Positions 43,983-53,135 are shown, numbered from the stretch's first letter. The stretch: DNA of 64,000 nt from Nitrospirota bacterium (GCA_016200255.1 JACQFA010000002.1:3807-67806); one strand, 5' to 3'. Notes: a model not told the origin generated them from the letters alone. Numbers and translations: made by a program.

Positions 43983-45587
43983 ATGAATCCTCAAATAAAC
44001 AAAAATTTTCTACTGCAGCATCTCTTGACCTCCGGCGCGCTTCGCGATCCGGATGCGATGGCGGTGGTCTGCCGGGGCGCGCGATTGACCTACGGCCAGC
44101 TGGAGCGATCTTCCGACAGGATGGCCCGGCTCCTTTGTGAGGAAGGCGTGCGGCCGGGCGACCGTGTCGGAATATTTTTCCCCAAATCGGCCGAGACCCT
44201 GACCGCGATCTTCGGCATCTTGAAGGCCGGGGCGGTTTATGTGCCGATCGATCCCAAGGGACCCGCTCAGCGCGCGGCCTACATCATCCGGGACTGCGGA
44301 ATTCAAGTCCTGTTGACCGCGGCCAAGCAGAAAAGTCTTCTGACCCAGATCCTTCGCGAGGCGGCGCCCCTGCGGCTGCTGCTCTTCATGGATACTGCGG
44401 CCTCGATGGAATCGACGGACAGCCGTTCCGGTCGAGTCCTGGCCTGGCCGGAGGCGCAGGCGGCCGTGACGGAGGGTCGACCGGATCTTCCGACCATCCA
44501 TACGGACCTGGCCTACATTCTGTACACCTCCGGCTCGACCGGCCGTCCCAAGGGCGTCATGCTGAGTCATCTGAATGCGATGACTTTTGTGGACTGGGCC
44601 GTAAGTTATTTTGAGCTCCGGCCGAAGGATCGTCTTTCCAATCATGCCCCGATGCATTTTGATCTGTCCGTTTTCGACCTCTTTGCGTCCTTCAAGGCCG
44701 GCGCGTCCGTCTTTCCGATTCCGGAGGAGATCACCTTTTTCCCGATTCAGGTGGCCCAGTTCATTCAAGATCATCGCCTCACGGTCTGGTATTCGGTGCC
44801 CTCGGCCTTGATCCAGTTGCTCCAGCACGGGGAACTCCAACGGTTTGATCTTTCCGGACTCCGGTCCGTTCTGTTTGCCGGCGAGGTTTTTCCGGTGAAG
44901 TATCTTCGAATGCTGAAGGCCGCTCTCCCCGCCGCCAAGCTGTTCAACCTGTACGGACCGACCGAAACGAATGTATGCACGGTCCACCCGGTGCAGGATC
45001 TCGCGGCGGATCAAGCCATCCCGATCGGCAAGGCCTGTGCCAACGCGGCCGTCGTTGCGATGAATGAAAATAACGAACCGATCCAGGCGGGCGAAACAGG
45101 AGAGCTGTGCGTCAGCGGCCCGACCGTGATGAAGGGCTACTGGGGGCATCCGGATCTCACGGCCGCTGTCCTGGTTCCCGGTCCGGCGGAAGGCGGCGGT
45201 ACGGAGAGCGTTTACCGCACGGGCGATTTGGTGACGATCAATGAAAAGGGCGAGTACCTGTTTATCGGAAGGCGCGATCATATGATCAAGAGCCGCGGCT
45301 TCCGGATCGAGCTGGGCGAGATCGAGGCGGCGCTGGTCGACCATCCGGGGGTACAGGAGGCGGCGGTCGTCGCGATTCCGGATGAGGAAGCGGGCAACCG
45401 GATCAAGGCCGTGATTGTTCCGACCGCGGTCGCGACCTTGACGCGGGAGGAGATCGAAACGCACTGCGCGAAGAGACTCCCCCGCTACATGATTCCGGAG
45501 ATCATCGAGTTCTGCAAGGCGCTGCCGCGGACTTCGACCGGAAAAATGGATAAAACGATACTGGTAAAGGAAACAGTCCGGTCCTGA
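43983..45587 (+). CDS. stand-alone adenylation enzyme (ANL superfamily, amino-acid-adenylation type)
   Basis: Core motifs 'LAYILYTSGSTGRPKGV', 'HFDLSVFD', 'NLYGPTET', 'YRTGDLV', 'GRRDHMIKSRGFRIELGEIE' and 'PRTSTGKMDK' are present. There is no fused C or T domain. The ATG is at 43983. Confidence 0.85.
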   Translation: MNPQINKNFLLQHLLTSGALRDPDAMAVVCRGARLTYGQLERSSDRMARLLCEEGVRPGDRVGIFFPKSAETLTAIFGILKAGAVYVPIDPKGPAQRAAYIIRDCGIQVLLTAAKQKSLLTQILREAAPLRLLLFMDTAASMESTDSRSGRVLAWPEAQAAVTEGRPDLPTIHTDLAYILYTSGSTGRPKGVMLSHLNAMTFVDWAVSYFELRPKDRLSNHAPMHFDLSVFDLFASFKAGASVFPIPEEITFFPIQVAQFIQDHRLTVWYSVPSALIQLLQHGELQRFDLSGLRSVLFAGEVFPVKYLRMLKAALPAAKLFNLYGPTETNVCTVHPVQDLAADQAIPIGKACANAAVVAMNENNEPIQAGETGELCVSGPTVMKGYWGHPDLTAAVLVPGPAEGGGTESVYRTGDLVTINEKGEYLFIGRRDHMIKSRGFRIELGEIEAALVDHPGVQEAAVVAIPDEEAGNRIKAVIVPTAVATLTREEIETHCAKRLPRYMIPEIIEFCKALPRTSTGKMDKTILVKETVRS

Positions 45588-45622
45588 ATCGACCGGGTTG
45601 AAACGGAGGAGGCCGGAGATCC

Positions 45623-45898
45623 ATGATGGACAGTGCAATCATCGAAGAGAAGATCAAAACCTATATAATGACGGACCTGGCGCGCGATCACTCCGGGTCG
45701 GATTTGAAACGGGACGAATCCCTGATCGACCGGGGAATTATCGATTCGCTCGGGCTTTTCAAGCTGATCGCATTTATAGAGGAGGAATTCGGGGTTGCGG
45801 TCGAGCCCCAGGAGGTCCGAACCGATAATTTTGAAACCCTGGCGATGGTATCCGACCTGGTCGGGAAGAAAATCGCCAGGAAGTCCGCCCGTTCGTAG
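45623..45898 (+). CDS. acyl/peptidyl carrier protein
   Basis: 91 aa with 'LIDRGIIDSLGLFKLIAFIEEEFG', the DSL phosphopantetheine-attachment motif. It has a GGAGGAGG RBS. Confidence 0.85.
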   Translation: MMDSAIIEEKIKTYIMTDLARDHSGSDLKRDESLIDRGIIDSLGLFKLIAFIEEEFGVAVEPQEVRTDNFETLAMVSDLVGKKIARKSARS

Positions 45899-45921
45899 TC
45901 CGGACCACGCCGAGAGCATCC

Positions 45922-46521
45922 ATGTTTGATACCATCCGAGGGGATCTGGGAAGAAAGCGTCAGACGTATATCGTCCGGGCGATGGATCAGACCTGGTTCA
46001 ACCGGAACATCAAGATTTATCTTCAGCAGGGCAGTATCGCGGTGGCCGTTTTCCGGTTCGGGCAGTGGGTCCAACGGCTTCGAATTCCGGTGCTGAAGCA
46101 GATCCTGTTCACGGTCTACTACATTCTGAATCTGGCCGTGATCATTTTTTTCGGCATCAACATCCAGCTCAGCGCCAACATCGGCCGGGGGTTTATTGTC
46201 CATAATTATTCCGGGGTCTTTCTGGGACGGATTACGATCGGAGAGAACTGCATCGTCAATCAGGGCGTGACGATCGGGAACATCCGCGGCGAGCCGGGCC
46301 GTCCGGTTCTTGGAAATAACGTCTATATTGGGGTCAGCGCCGTTGTATTGGGAAACGTGAAAATCGGAAACAATGTCGTGATCGGGGCCAACTCGCTGGT
46401 GATCACGAACGTGCCGGACAACTGCACCGTGGTGGGGGTGCCGTCCCGGATTGTTTCCCGTCGGCCGACCAGTCCCTACTTGAAATTTGGAAATGAACCG
46501 GCGGCGGGGTCCAAGGCATGA
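45922..46521 (+). CDS. left-handed-beta-helix O-acyltransferase (serine-acetyltransferase / WcaB-like)
   Basis: Hexapeptide repeats are present ('IGENCIVNQGVTIGN..VLGNNVYIGVSAVVLGNVKIGNNVVIGANSLV'). The N-terminal helical region is typical of EPS-cluster SAT-like enzymes. Confidence 0.8.
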   Translation: MFDTIRGDLGRKRQTYIVRAMDQTWFNRNIKIYLQQGSIAVAVFRFGQWVQRLRIPVLKQILFTVYYILNLAVIIFFGINIQLSANIGRGFIVHNYSGVFLGRITIGENCIVNQGVTIGNIRGEPGRPVLGNNVYIGVSAVVLGNVKIGNNVVIGANSLVITNVPDNCTVVGVPSRIVSRRPTSPYLKFGNEPAAGSKA

Positions 46522-48245
46522 GCGCATCCCCGTCCTCAAAACCGCGCGTCCTGATCATCGGGCTGGATGGGGCCACCCTAGATCTCGTGGTCCCCTGGGC
46601 CTCCGATGGAAAACTGCCTCACATGGCCCGCCTCCTGAAGGAGGGCACATGGGGACCGCTTCAGTCTCCCATCCCCCCCATCACGCCGCCGTCCTGGAGC
46701 AGCTTCATGACCGGGATGAATCCCGGAAAGCACGGCGTATTTCATTTCATTGAACCGCAGCCCGGTAGTTACGGGATGCGGTACATCAATGCGGCCCACC
46801 GCAAGGCCCGCACGATCTGGAGCATCCTTTCGGACGCTGGCCTGACCGTCGGCGTAATGAATCTTCCTTTTACCTATCCTCCCGAGGCCGTCAACGGATT
46901 CATGATTTCGGGAATGGATACCCCGGATGAAACCAGCGACTTCGTCCATCCGCGGGCGCTCCGGGCCGAGCTGGAGCGGACCGTGGGGAAAATCAATCTA
47001 GACATCCGTTACCTCGGCTTTATGTCAACGGATGAGCGACGCGCGGCCGTTCTAAAAGAGCTGGCCCAGATCGATGAGCAGCGCACCCGGATGGCGCTCT
47101 ATCTTCTGGAGAAGCATCCGGCCGATGTCATGATGTTCGCCTACACCTCCTCCGATACGGCCCACCACTATTTCTGGCAGTTCATGGATCCGCAGCACCC
47201 GTTTTACGATCCGGTGGGGGCCAAAAAATTCGGAGGGGCCGTTCTGGAAATATACCAGCGGCTGGACCGCGCCGTCGGTCTTCTTCTGGAGCGGGTTTCC
47301 GAGGAGACGTCGGTCATCCTCGTCTCCGATCACGGGGGCGGACCCGTGTCGGACAAGGTCTTATACCTTAACCGTTTCCTGGCCAACATTGGATTGCTGG
47401 CGTACAAGACCAAGGGCCCGCTTGGCAACTGGGCGTGGCTGCAACGGCCGGTCCGGTATCTCTATGGATGGCTGCGCAGCTCGCTCTCTTCCAAACAGAA
47501 AAGCCGGCTCGCCAGGCTCTTCCCGATACTGCGGCGACGGTTGGAGGCCTCCTACACCGCCTTCAGTCAGATTGATTGGTCGCGGACCCAGGCCTTTTGT
47601 AATGAAGTCCTGATGTCGCCCCCCAATATCTGGATCAATCTCAAAGGCGACAAACCCCAGGGGATTGTGGAGTCGGGTCAGTATGATTCGCTGGTGGGCC
47701 GGATCATCGCTCATTTGTACGAGCTCAAGGATCCCCGCACCGGGCGGCAGCTCATCCGGAAAGTTTACCGGCGCGACGAGATCTATCAAGGCCCTTATGT
47801 AAACTCGGCTCCCGATCTGACCTTGTGCTGGTGGGAAAGGGACTCCTTCGTCACCAAGCCGAGCTTTCCGGAGGATCGGGGAAAACCGGTCGTCCAGATC
47901 CGGTCGGAGGGATTTCAGGACGGCTCGGAATGGAGCGGAACGCACACGCTGGACGGGATCCTGCTGCTCAAAGGGAAAGTGTTCCGATCGGGCGGCGCCG
48001 CGAAGGACAGCCGGATCATCGATCTCGCCCCGACGCTGCTTCATATACTGGGTCTGCCGGTTCCGGAGGAGATGGACGGCCGCGTGCTGACCGAGTTATT
48101 GGACGAAACCTTCCGGGCGGGGCACCCCATTCAATACCAAAAGAGCACGGGCGGCGACAGCCGTCCGGCTGGTGACGGCAGTTATTCGGAAGAGGATGCC
48201 GAAAAAATTGAAAAGCGCCTGCAGGGGCTTGGCTACATTGATTAA
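46518..48245 (+). CDS. alkaline-phosphatase-superfamily protein, NPP/phosphodiesterase type (paralog 2)
   Basis: 'VLIIGLDGAT', 'PPITPPSWSSFMTGMNPGKHGVF' and 'LVSDHGG' are present, with C-terminal tail 'YSEEDAEKIEKRLQGLGYID'. There is an ATGA overlap with the upstream gene. Confidence 0.8.
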   Translation: MSASPSSKPRVLIIGLDGATLDLVVPWASDGKLPHMARLLKEGTWGPLQSPIPPITPPSWSSFMTGMNPGKHGVFHFIEPQPGSYGMRYINAAHRKARTIWSILSDAGLTVGVMNLPFTYPPEAVNGFMISGMDTPDETSDFVHPRALRAELERTVGKINLDIRYLGFMSTDERRAAVLKELAQIDEQRTRMALYLLEKHPADVMMFAYTSSDTAHHYFWQFMDPQHPFYDPVGAKKFGGAVLEIYQRLDRAVGLLLERVSEETSVILVSDHGGGPVSDKVLYLNRFLANIGLLAYKTKGPLGNWAWLQRPVRYLYGWLRSSLSSKQKSRLARLFPILRRRLEASYTAFSQIDWSRTQAFCNEVLMSPPNIWINLKGDKPQGIVESGQYDSLVGRIIAHLYELKDPRTGRQLIRKVYRRDEIYQGPYVNSAPDLTLCWWERDSFVTKPSFPEDRGKPVVQIRSEGFQDGSEWSGTHTLDGILLLKGKVFRSGGAAKDSRIIDLAPTLLHILGLPVPEEMDGRVLTELLDETFRAGHPIQYQKSTGGDSRPAGDGSYSEEDAEKIEKRLQGLGYID

Positions 48246-48264
48246 CTTATCGTAACGGAGCCGG

Positions 48265-49998
48265 ATGCCGGAAGGATCGCCACAGGGACGCAGCGTCTTC
48301 ATCCTTGGATTGGACGGGGGGACGTATGATTTGATTCTGCCGTGGGTCCAAGAGGGGCGCCTGCCGAATCTGGGGCGGCTGATTCAATCGGGCAGCCATG
48401 CGGAGCTGGCCTCGACCGTTCCGCCGATGACGCCGCCCGGATGGACGTCGTTCATGACCGGGATGAATCCAGGAAAACACGGCATCTTCGATTTTACGGA
48501 GCGGGAGCCGGGGCGCTACGAGGTCAAGATCATGAATGCGACCGACCGGCAGGCCCGCACGATCTGGTCGCTCATGAGTCAGGCCGGGAAACGGGTGGCC
48601 TCCATCGGCGTGCCGCTCACCTATCCCCCGGAGCCGGTCAACGGCGTGATGATCAGCGGGTTTGATTCGCCGGTGCTCGACCGGCGGATCATGCATCCGC
48701 CCGAACTGTTCGACGAACTGGAGAAGTCTGTAGGGGGATATCCCGTTTCGCCCGATTTCGTCCGGCATGCGGTGCGCGGGGATCTGAAACGGGCGGTCGA
48801 AATCATCTGCGAGACGATGGATCAAAAGGCCCGGGCGGTGGAATATCTTCTCAAACGGGAGGCCTGGGATTGTTTTATGCTGGTGTTCGGCGAGACGGAC
48901 GCCTGCATCCATTATTTCTGGGGACACCACGATCCTGCCTCGCCCCACCGCCCCCGGCATCCGGATCCGGGACCGGATCCGATCCGGACGGTGTACGAAA
49001 AGGTGGACGAGATTCTCGGCCGGTTGTTACCGTTGCTTCCGCCCGATTCCGGCATGATGCTCATTTCGGATCACGGGACCGGCGGCGCGGGACGCAAGAT
49101 GGTCTATCTGAACCGGTGGCTTGAAGCGGAGGGTTTTCTCGCCTTCCGGGCCGGCTCCGGACGCGGTTGTCTCCGGACGATGAACTGGCGGTTGTTGGAA
49201 GAAGCCCGGTCCTGGGCCCGCGCCGTCCTGCCGCAATCGATCCTCAAGCGGTTGAGATACCGTTCGGGTCTTGGCGCCCGGCTGGAGTCCAATCAGCGGT
49301 TTTCGGGACTGGATTGGAAGCGGACCGCGGTCTATTCCGATGAAACGCCGCATTATCCGAATCTGTGGGTCAATCTGAAGGGGCGGGAGCCGCAGGGGGT
49401 CGTGAATCCGGGCGAGGAGTACGAGTCGCTCCGGGAGCGGATCCTTGAGCGGTTGTCCGAATGGCGGGACCCCGAGACCCGGCGGCCGTTGATCAAACGG
49501 GCGTACAAACGGGAAGAGGTTTACCACGGCCCCTGTCTGGAGAGGGCGCCGGATATACTGATCGCCTGGAATCTGGACGGAAACTATTCCTATCTGAACG
49601 GCTCCAGTCTCATGGCCTCGGGCAGGGCCCCGGTGGTTGCGATCGATCCGACCGGTTTCTGGAGATCCAAATCAATGCTGAACCGGGGAGGCAGTCACCG
49701 GGAGAACGGAATCTTCCTGATCCGCGGCGAAGGAGTTCAACGAGGGCATCGCCTGCTCAAGGCCGGCATCGCGGACATGGCGCCCACGCTGCTTTACTGG
49801 ATGGGTCTTCCCGTTCCGTCCGACATGGACGGGACGGTATTGACGGAGGCGTTTGAGGATTCCTACCGGCGGGGTCATCCGGTTCATCGCGACGGGATTT
49901 CCGGCCAGGAGACCCAGGACCGCGCGCGGCTGGTTTATTCCGAAGAGGAAACGAAGAAGGTCGAAGAACGGTTGCAAAGCCTGGGGTATATCGAATGA
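48265..49998 (+). CDS. alkaline-phosphatase-superfamily protein, NPP/phosphodiesterase type (paralog 3)
   Basis: 'VFILGLDGGT', 'PPMTPPGWTSFMTGMNPGKHGIF' and 'LISDHGT' are present, with C-terminal tail 'YSEEETKKVEERLQSLGYIE'. It is colinear with paralog 2. Confidence 0.8.
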   Translation: MPEGSPQGRSVFILGLDGGTYDLILPWVQEGRLPNLGRLIQSGSHAELASTVPPMTPPGWTSFMTGMNPGKHGIFDFTEREPGRYEVKIMNATDRQARTIWSLMSQAGKRVASIGVPLTYPPEPVNGVMISGFDSPVLDRRIMHPPELFDELEKSVGGYPVSPDFVRHAVRGDLKRAVEIICETMDQKARAVEYLLKREAWDCFMLVFGETDACIHYFWGHHDPASPHRPRHPDPGPDPIRTVYEKVDEILGRLLPLLPPDSGMMLISDHGTGGAGRKMVYLNRWLEAEGFLAFRAGSGRGCLRTMNWRLLEEARSWARAVLPQSILKRLRYRSGLGARLESNQRFSGLDWKRTAVYSDETPHYPNLWVNLKGREPQGVVNPGEEYESLRERILERLSEWRDPETRRPLIKRAYKREEVYHGPCLERAPDILIAWNLDGNYSYLNGSSLMASGRAPVVAIDPTGFWRSKSMLNRGGSHRENGIFLIRGEGVQRGHRLLKAGIADMAPTLLYWMGLPVPSDMDGTVLTEAFEDSYRRGHPVHRDGISGQETQDRARLVYSEEETKKVEERLQSLGYIE

Positions 49999-51308
49999 GC
50001 CGATATCGTATCGCCATGGTGGCCGCCTGTCCCTTTCCGGCGAATCACGGTTCGCCGGCCAGCATCCGGGAGATGTCCGAAGCACTGGCGCAGCTGGGTC
50101 ATCAGGTTCATGTGGTCACCTATCCCGACGGACAGGATATCCCGGTCAAGGGGGTCGTCATTCATCGGGCCGCCCGCATCCTTTCCTCGAAGGAAGTGTC
50201 GGTCGGCCCGTCCTGGAAACGACCGATCCTGGATCTGATGCTGTCGGTCAAGTTGTGTCGGGTCATTCGTCGGGAGCGGATCGAGATCATCCATGCGCAC
50301 AATTATGAAGGTGCCCTGGTGGGGTTCCTGGCCAAGTTGATCACGCGAAAACCGTTTCTCTATAACGCCGTGAACACCATGATCGACGAACTGCCGGGGT
50401 ATCGTTTTATCCGTCCAAAGGCCCTGGCCGTTCTCGTCGCGCGCCTCTTGGACCGGTGGGTCCCGCGGGGGGCGGATCACATCACGGTGGTCTCGAAAGA
50501 GCTGGGCGATTTTCTGAAATCAAAGGGCATCTCGGAGCACCGCATCACGATCGTTCCGGCCGGCGTCAACCTGGAGATGTTTGAACACCCGGACCCGGAG
50601 CCGGTCCGGCGGCGTTTCGGGATCGGGTCGCATCCGGTCGTGATGTATACCGGGACGATGGATCCGTTTCAGCGGATCGATTACCTTCTTCGGGCGATGC
50701 AAAAGGTCGTGTCGGCCCTGCCGGAAACCCGCTTGATGATCGTCTCCAATATCGTGGTGAAGGAATTTTTGGACCGGCACCGGATGCTGGCCCGGGACCT
50801 GGGCATTGAAGACCGGGTGATCTTCACCGGTCCGATTCCTCTTCCGGAACTTCCCAGCTATCTGGCCGCGGCCGATGTCGTGGTGATGCCCCGTCCGGCC
50901 TGTCCCGGGCATCCCGTCAAGTTATTAAACTACATGGCCGCGGGCAAGGCGATCGTGGCTTTTGAGGGCTCGGCCAAAGGGCTTCGAAATCTTTATAATG
51001 GGATTGTTGTTCCGGATCACGACTGGGGACAGTTCGGGGCGGGAATCCTGACGCTGATGAAGGAAACCGAACTGGCCCTACGTTTGGGCGAAAACGCCCG
51101 CACCGGGATTGTCGGAACGTTTGATTGGGTGACGCTGGCCAATGGGATTTCGGTTCTGTACACCGGTCTCGTCCATGTCGGCCGGAACGGCCTGCTCCGG
51201 CTGGACCAACAGGAACTCCGGAAATATCTTAAGGCCAGTTATGACCCCGTCCCACCGGGAAATTGGGTGCCCGCCCGTCTGCCCGTTCTGCGGTCCGACA
51301 AACCCTGA
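49995..51308 (+). CDS. GT4-family (GT-B) glycosyltransferase
   Basis: 'RIAMVAACPFPANHGSPASIREMSEALAQLGHQVHVVT' is the typical GT4 N-terminus. The C-terminal half is a Glycos_transf_1-like region. There is an ATGA overlap with the upstream gene. Confidence 0.8.
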   Translation: MSRYRIAMVAACPFPANHGSPASIREMSEALAQLGHQVHVVTYPDGQDIPVKGVVIHRAARILSSKEVSVGPSWKRPILDLMLSVKLCRVIRRERIEIIHAHNYEGALVGFLAKLITRKPFLYNAVNTMIDELPGYRFIRPKALAVLVARLLDRWVPRGADHITVVSKELGDFLKSKGISEHRITIVPAGVNLEMFEHPDPEPVRRRFGIGSHPVVMYTGTMDPFQRIDYLLRAMQKVVSALPETRLMIVSNIVVKEFLDRHRMLARDLGIEDRVIFTGPIPLPELPSYLAAADVVVMPRPACPGHPVKLLNYMAAGKAIVAFEGSAKGLRNLYNGIVVPDHDWGQFGAGILTLMKETELALRLGENARTGIVGTFDWVTLANGISVLYTGLVHVGRNGLLRLDQQELRKYLKASYDPVPPGNWVPARLPVLRSDKP

Positions 51309-51438
51309 CCCTTGCGGAAGGGACCTTCTTCTCGAAACGATATCGGAGATTTTCGGTCGGCCCGTATGGCGGGCTGAACCCGAGGACTGATTGCAACGCC
51401 GGGCGGAGTTCGATATACTATCCGTTGCCGGGTAGGAG

Positions 51439-52008
51439 ATGGGGTTCGTCATGGCTTCACCCGTTGGACATTCGCTGGCCGGGGTTTCGCTCTATCTTTT
51501 CCTGACCCGAAAGACGGACGGACCGGCGATCCGGGCCGATTGGAAAACGGCGGCCCTTCTGGTGGCCGCCGCCAATCTTCCGGACATTGATTTTCTCATC
51601 GGGTATGCGGTCTACGGCGATCCGAACCGCATCCACGGCGGGTGGACGCATGCCGGCCTGTTTGCCGCTGCGGCGGCCTGGGTTCTGACCCGGCTGCATC
51701 GGTTCCAACCCTCCGTCGGCACGGCGGGTTGGGCCTACTTTTTTGCGGTTGCATCCCATGGGATTATGGATTTCTTTACCGGTCCGACGATCGGTCTTTA
51801 TCCCTCCTACGGGGTGGCCTTTCTCTGGCCGTTTCACGGCGAAAAATTGAAGTCGCCGGTGACATTCTTTCAGGGCCCGCGGCACCGCAGTCTGGACCAG
51901 TTGCTGACCGTGGACAATCTTTGGGGGATGATGTACGAACTTCTTCTATGGATTCCCCTGGTATGGGGGCTGATCATATTTCTCAGGAAAAACCGGAGAA
52001 CCGAATGA
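51439..52008 (+). CDS. membrane-bound metal-dependent hydrolase (YdjM / DUF457 family)
   Basis: 'SPVGHSLAG', 'PDIDFLIGY', 'GGWTHA' and 'SHGIMDFFTG' are spread over 4-5 TM helices. The start is either 51439 or 51451 (MASPVGH..). Confidence 0.7.
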   Translation: MGFVMASPVGHSLAGVSLYLFLTRKTDGPAIRADWKTAALLVAAANLPDIDFLIGYAVYGDPNRIHGGWTHAGLFAAAAAWVLTRLHRFQPSVGTAGWAYFFAVASHGIMDFFTGPTIGLYPSYGVAFLWPFHGEKLKSPVTFFQGPRHRSLDQLLTVDNLWGMMYELLLWIPLVWGLIIFLRKNRRTE

Positions 52009-53135
52009 TGATGACAAAGACGACGACATGGATCATCGGCGGGACGGCCGGGATCGGGCTCCTCTTTCTGGGCGTGGCGGCATTGAAACATATGGTGCGC
52101 ACCGACGCGACCAAGGCCCGCCTGGTCCATGCAGGGATTCCGGTGGAGATTCAACCGGCCGGTGTTGCAACAATGAATGAAATCATCGGGGCGAGCGGCT
52201 CGTTGCTGCAGGAGAACACGGCGACTCTGACCTCCCGGGTTGCGGCCCTGGTCCAGTCCGTGCCGGTCGAACTGGGCCAATTGGTGCTAAAGGATCAGGT
52301 CTTGACCCAATTTGATTCCCGTCTCCTCGAAGCGGCTGTCGTCAGCGCCAAGGAGAAAGTGGAGGAGGCGCAGGTACAACTCTATCATGCGCAGCAACAG
52401 CTGGAACGCCTCACCATCCTGAATGAGCAGGGGGTCGTGGCGAAATCAGATGTGGAGCAGGCCCAGGTGCAGGCGGCGACCGGAAAACTCAATCTGGCAT
52501 CGGCGCGTCAGGCCCTGATCGAGGCCGAAATCGCCTATGACCATGCCGTCGTGAAATCGCCCGTCAATGCGATCCTTCTCGACCGGTATATCAATCCCGG
52601 CGAAAACGTGAAAGTGGGAGACCGGCTTTTCACGATCGGGACGATCGACCGGGTTTTCATGGTGGCCCATGTCGGGGAAGAAAAGATCGCTTCGGTCCAG
52701 ATCGAACAGGAAGGCGAGGTGACGCTGGATTCTTTTCCGGGCGAGATCTTTCACGGCCGTGTCGTCAAGATTGATCCCACCACCGATTCCAAGACCCGCA
52801 CGTTTTCGGCTTACATCCGGATGGACAATCCCACGCTGCGGTTCAAGCCCGGCCTCACAGGATTCGGTCGGATCCGCCGCTTGATCAGCACGCTGGTCGT
52901 TCCAAACACGGCGATCATCAACCCCGTGGGGGACCGCATGACCCTTTACATCGTGGACGGGACCGGGACCGCGCACCTCCGCTCCGTGCGGACCGGGATC
53001 GTCAGCGACGGCATGACCCAGATCCTGGAGGGACTGACCGAAGGGGAACGCGTGGTGACGGTGGGGCAGCTCTATCTCCGGGACAACGACCGGGTGCAGA
53101 CGAACGGGACTCGTGATCCGAACAAGAAAAACTGA
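52005..53135 (+). CDS. HlyD-family membrane fusion (periplasmic adaptor) protein
   Basis: The ATG at 52005 overlaps the upstream stop (ATGA) and follows GGAGAA. It has an N-terminal anchor helix, a coiled-coil region ('EEAQVQLYHAQQQLERL..') and a beta-barrel C-terminus. The listed 51642 start lies inside the previous gene. Confidence 0.85.
   Translation: MMMTKTTTWIIGGTAGIGLLFLGVAALKHMVRTDATKARLVHAGIPVEIQPAGVATMNEIIGASGSLLQENTATLTSRVAALVQSVPVELGQLVLKDQVLTQFDSRLLEAAVVSAKEKVEEAQVQLYHAQQQLERLTILNEQGVVAKSDVEQAQVQAATGKLNLASARQALIEAEIAYDHAVVKSPVNAILLDRYINPGENVKVGDRLFTIGTIDRVFMVAHVGEEKIASVQIEQEGEVTLDSFPGEIFHGRVVKIDPTTDSKTRTFSAYIRMDNPTLRFKPGLTGFGRIRRLISTLVVPNTAIINPVGDRMTLYIVDGTGTAHLRSVRTGIVSDGMTQILEGLTEGERVVTVGQLYLRDNDRVQTNGTRDPNKKN

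Noticed and set aside
44010-45638. 542-aa minus-strand ORF opposite the adenylation enzyme
   Set aside because: The plus strand carries every A-domain core motif in order. The minus-strand product is Arg/Gly/Pro-rich with no recognisable motif.
43983-45898. A domain + carrier protein as a DltA/DltC D-alanylation system
   Set aside because: 'FDLSV' in the A4 region is DltA-like. However, no DltB (MBOAT) or DltD is present, the organism is diderm, and the pair is flanked by an ACAD and halogenase-like genes. That context fits the PltE/F/L logic better. DltA-like specificity remains the stated refutation test.
46518-49998. AlkP-superfamily paralogs as PglZ-type components of a BREX-like defence system
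   Set aside because: No PglX methyltransferase, BrxC ATPase, BrxL or other BREX genes are nearby. The motifs match NPP/phosphodiesterase-type enzymes, and the context is biosynthetic.
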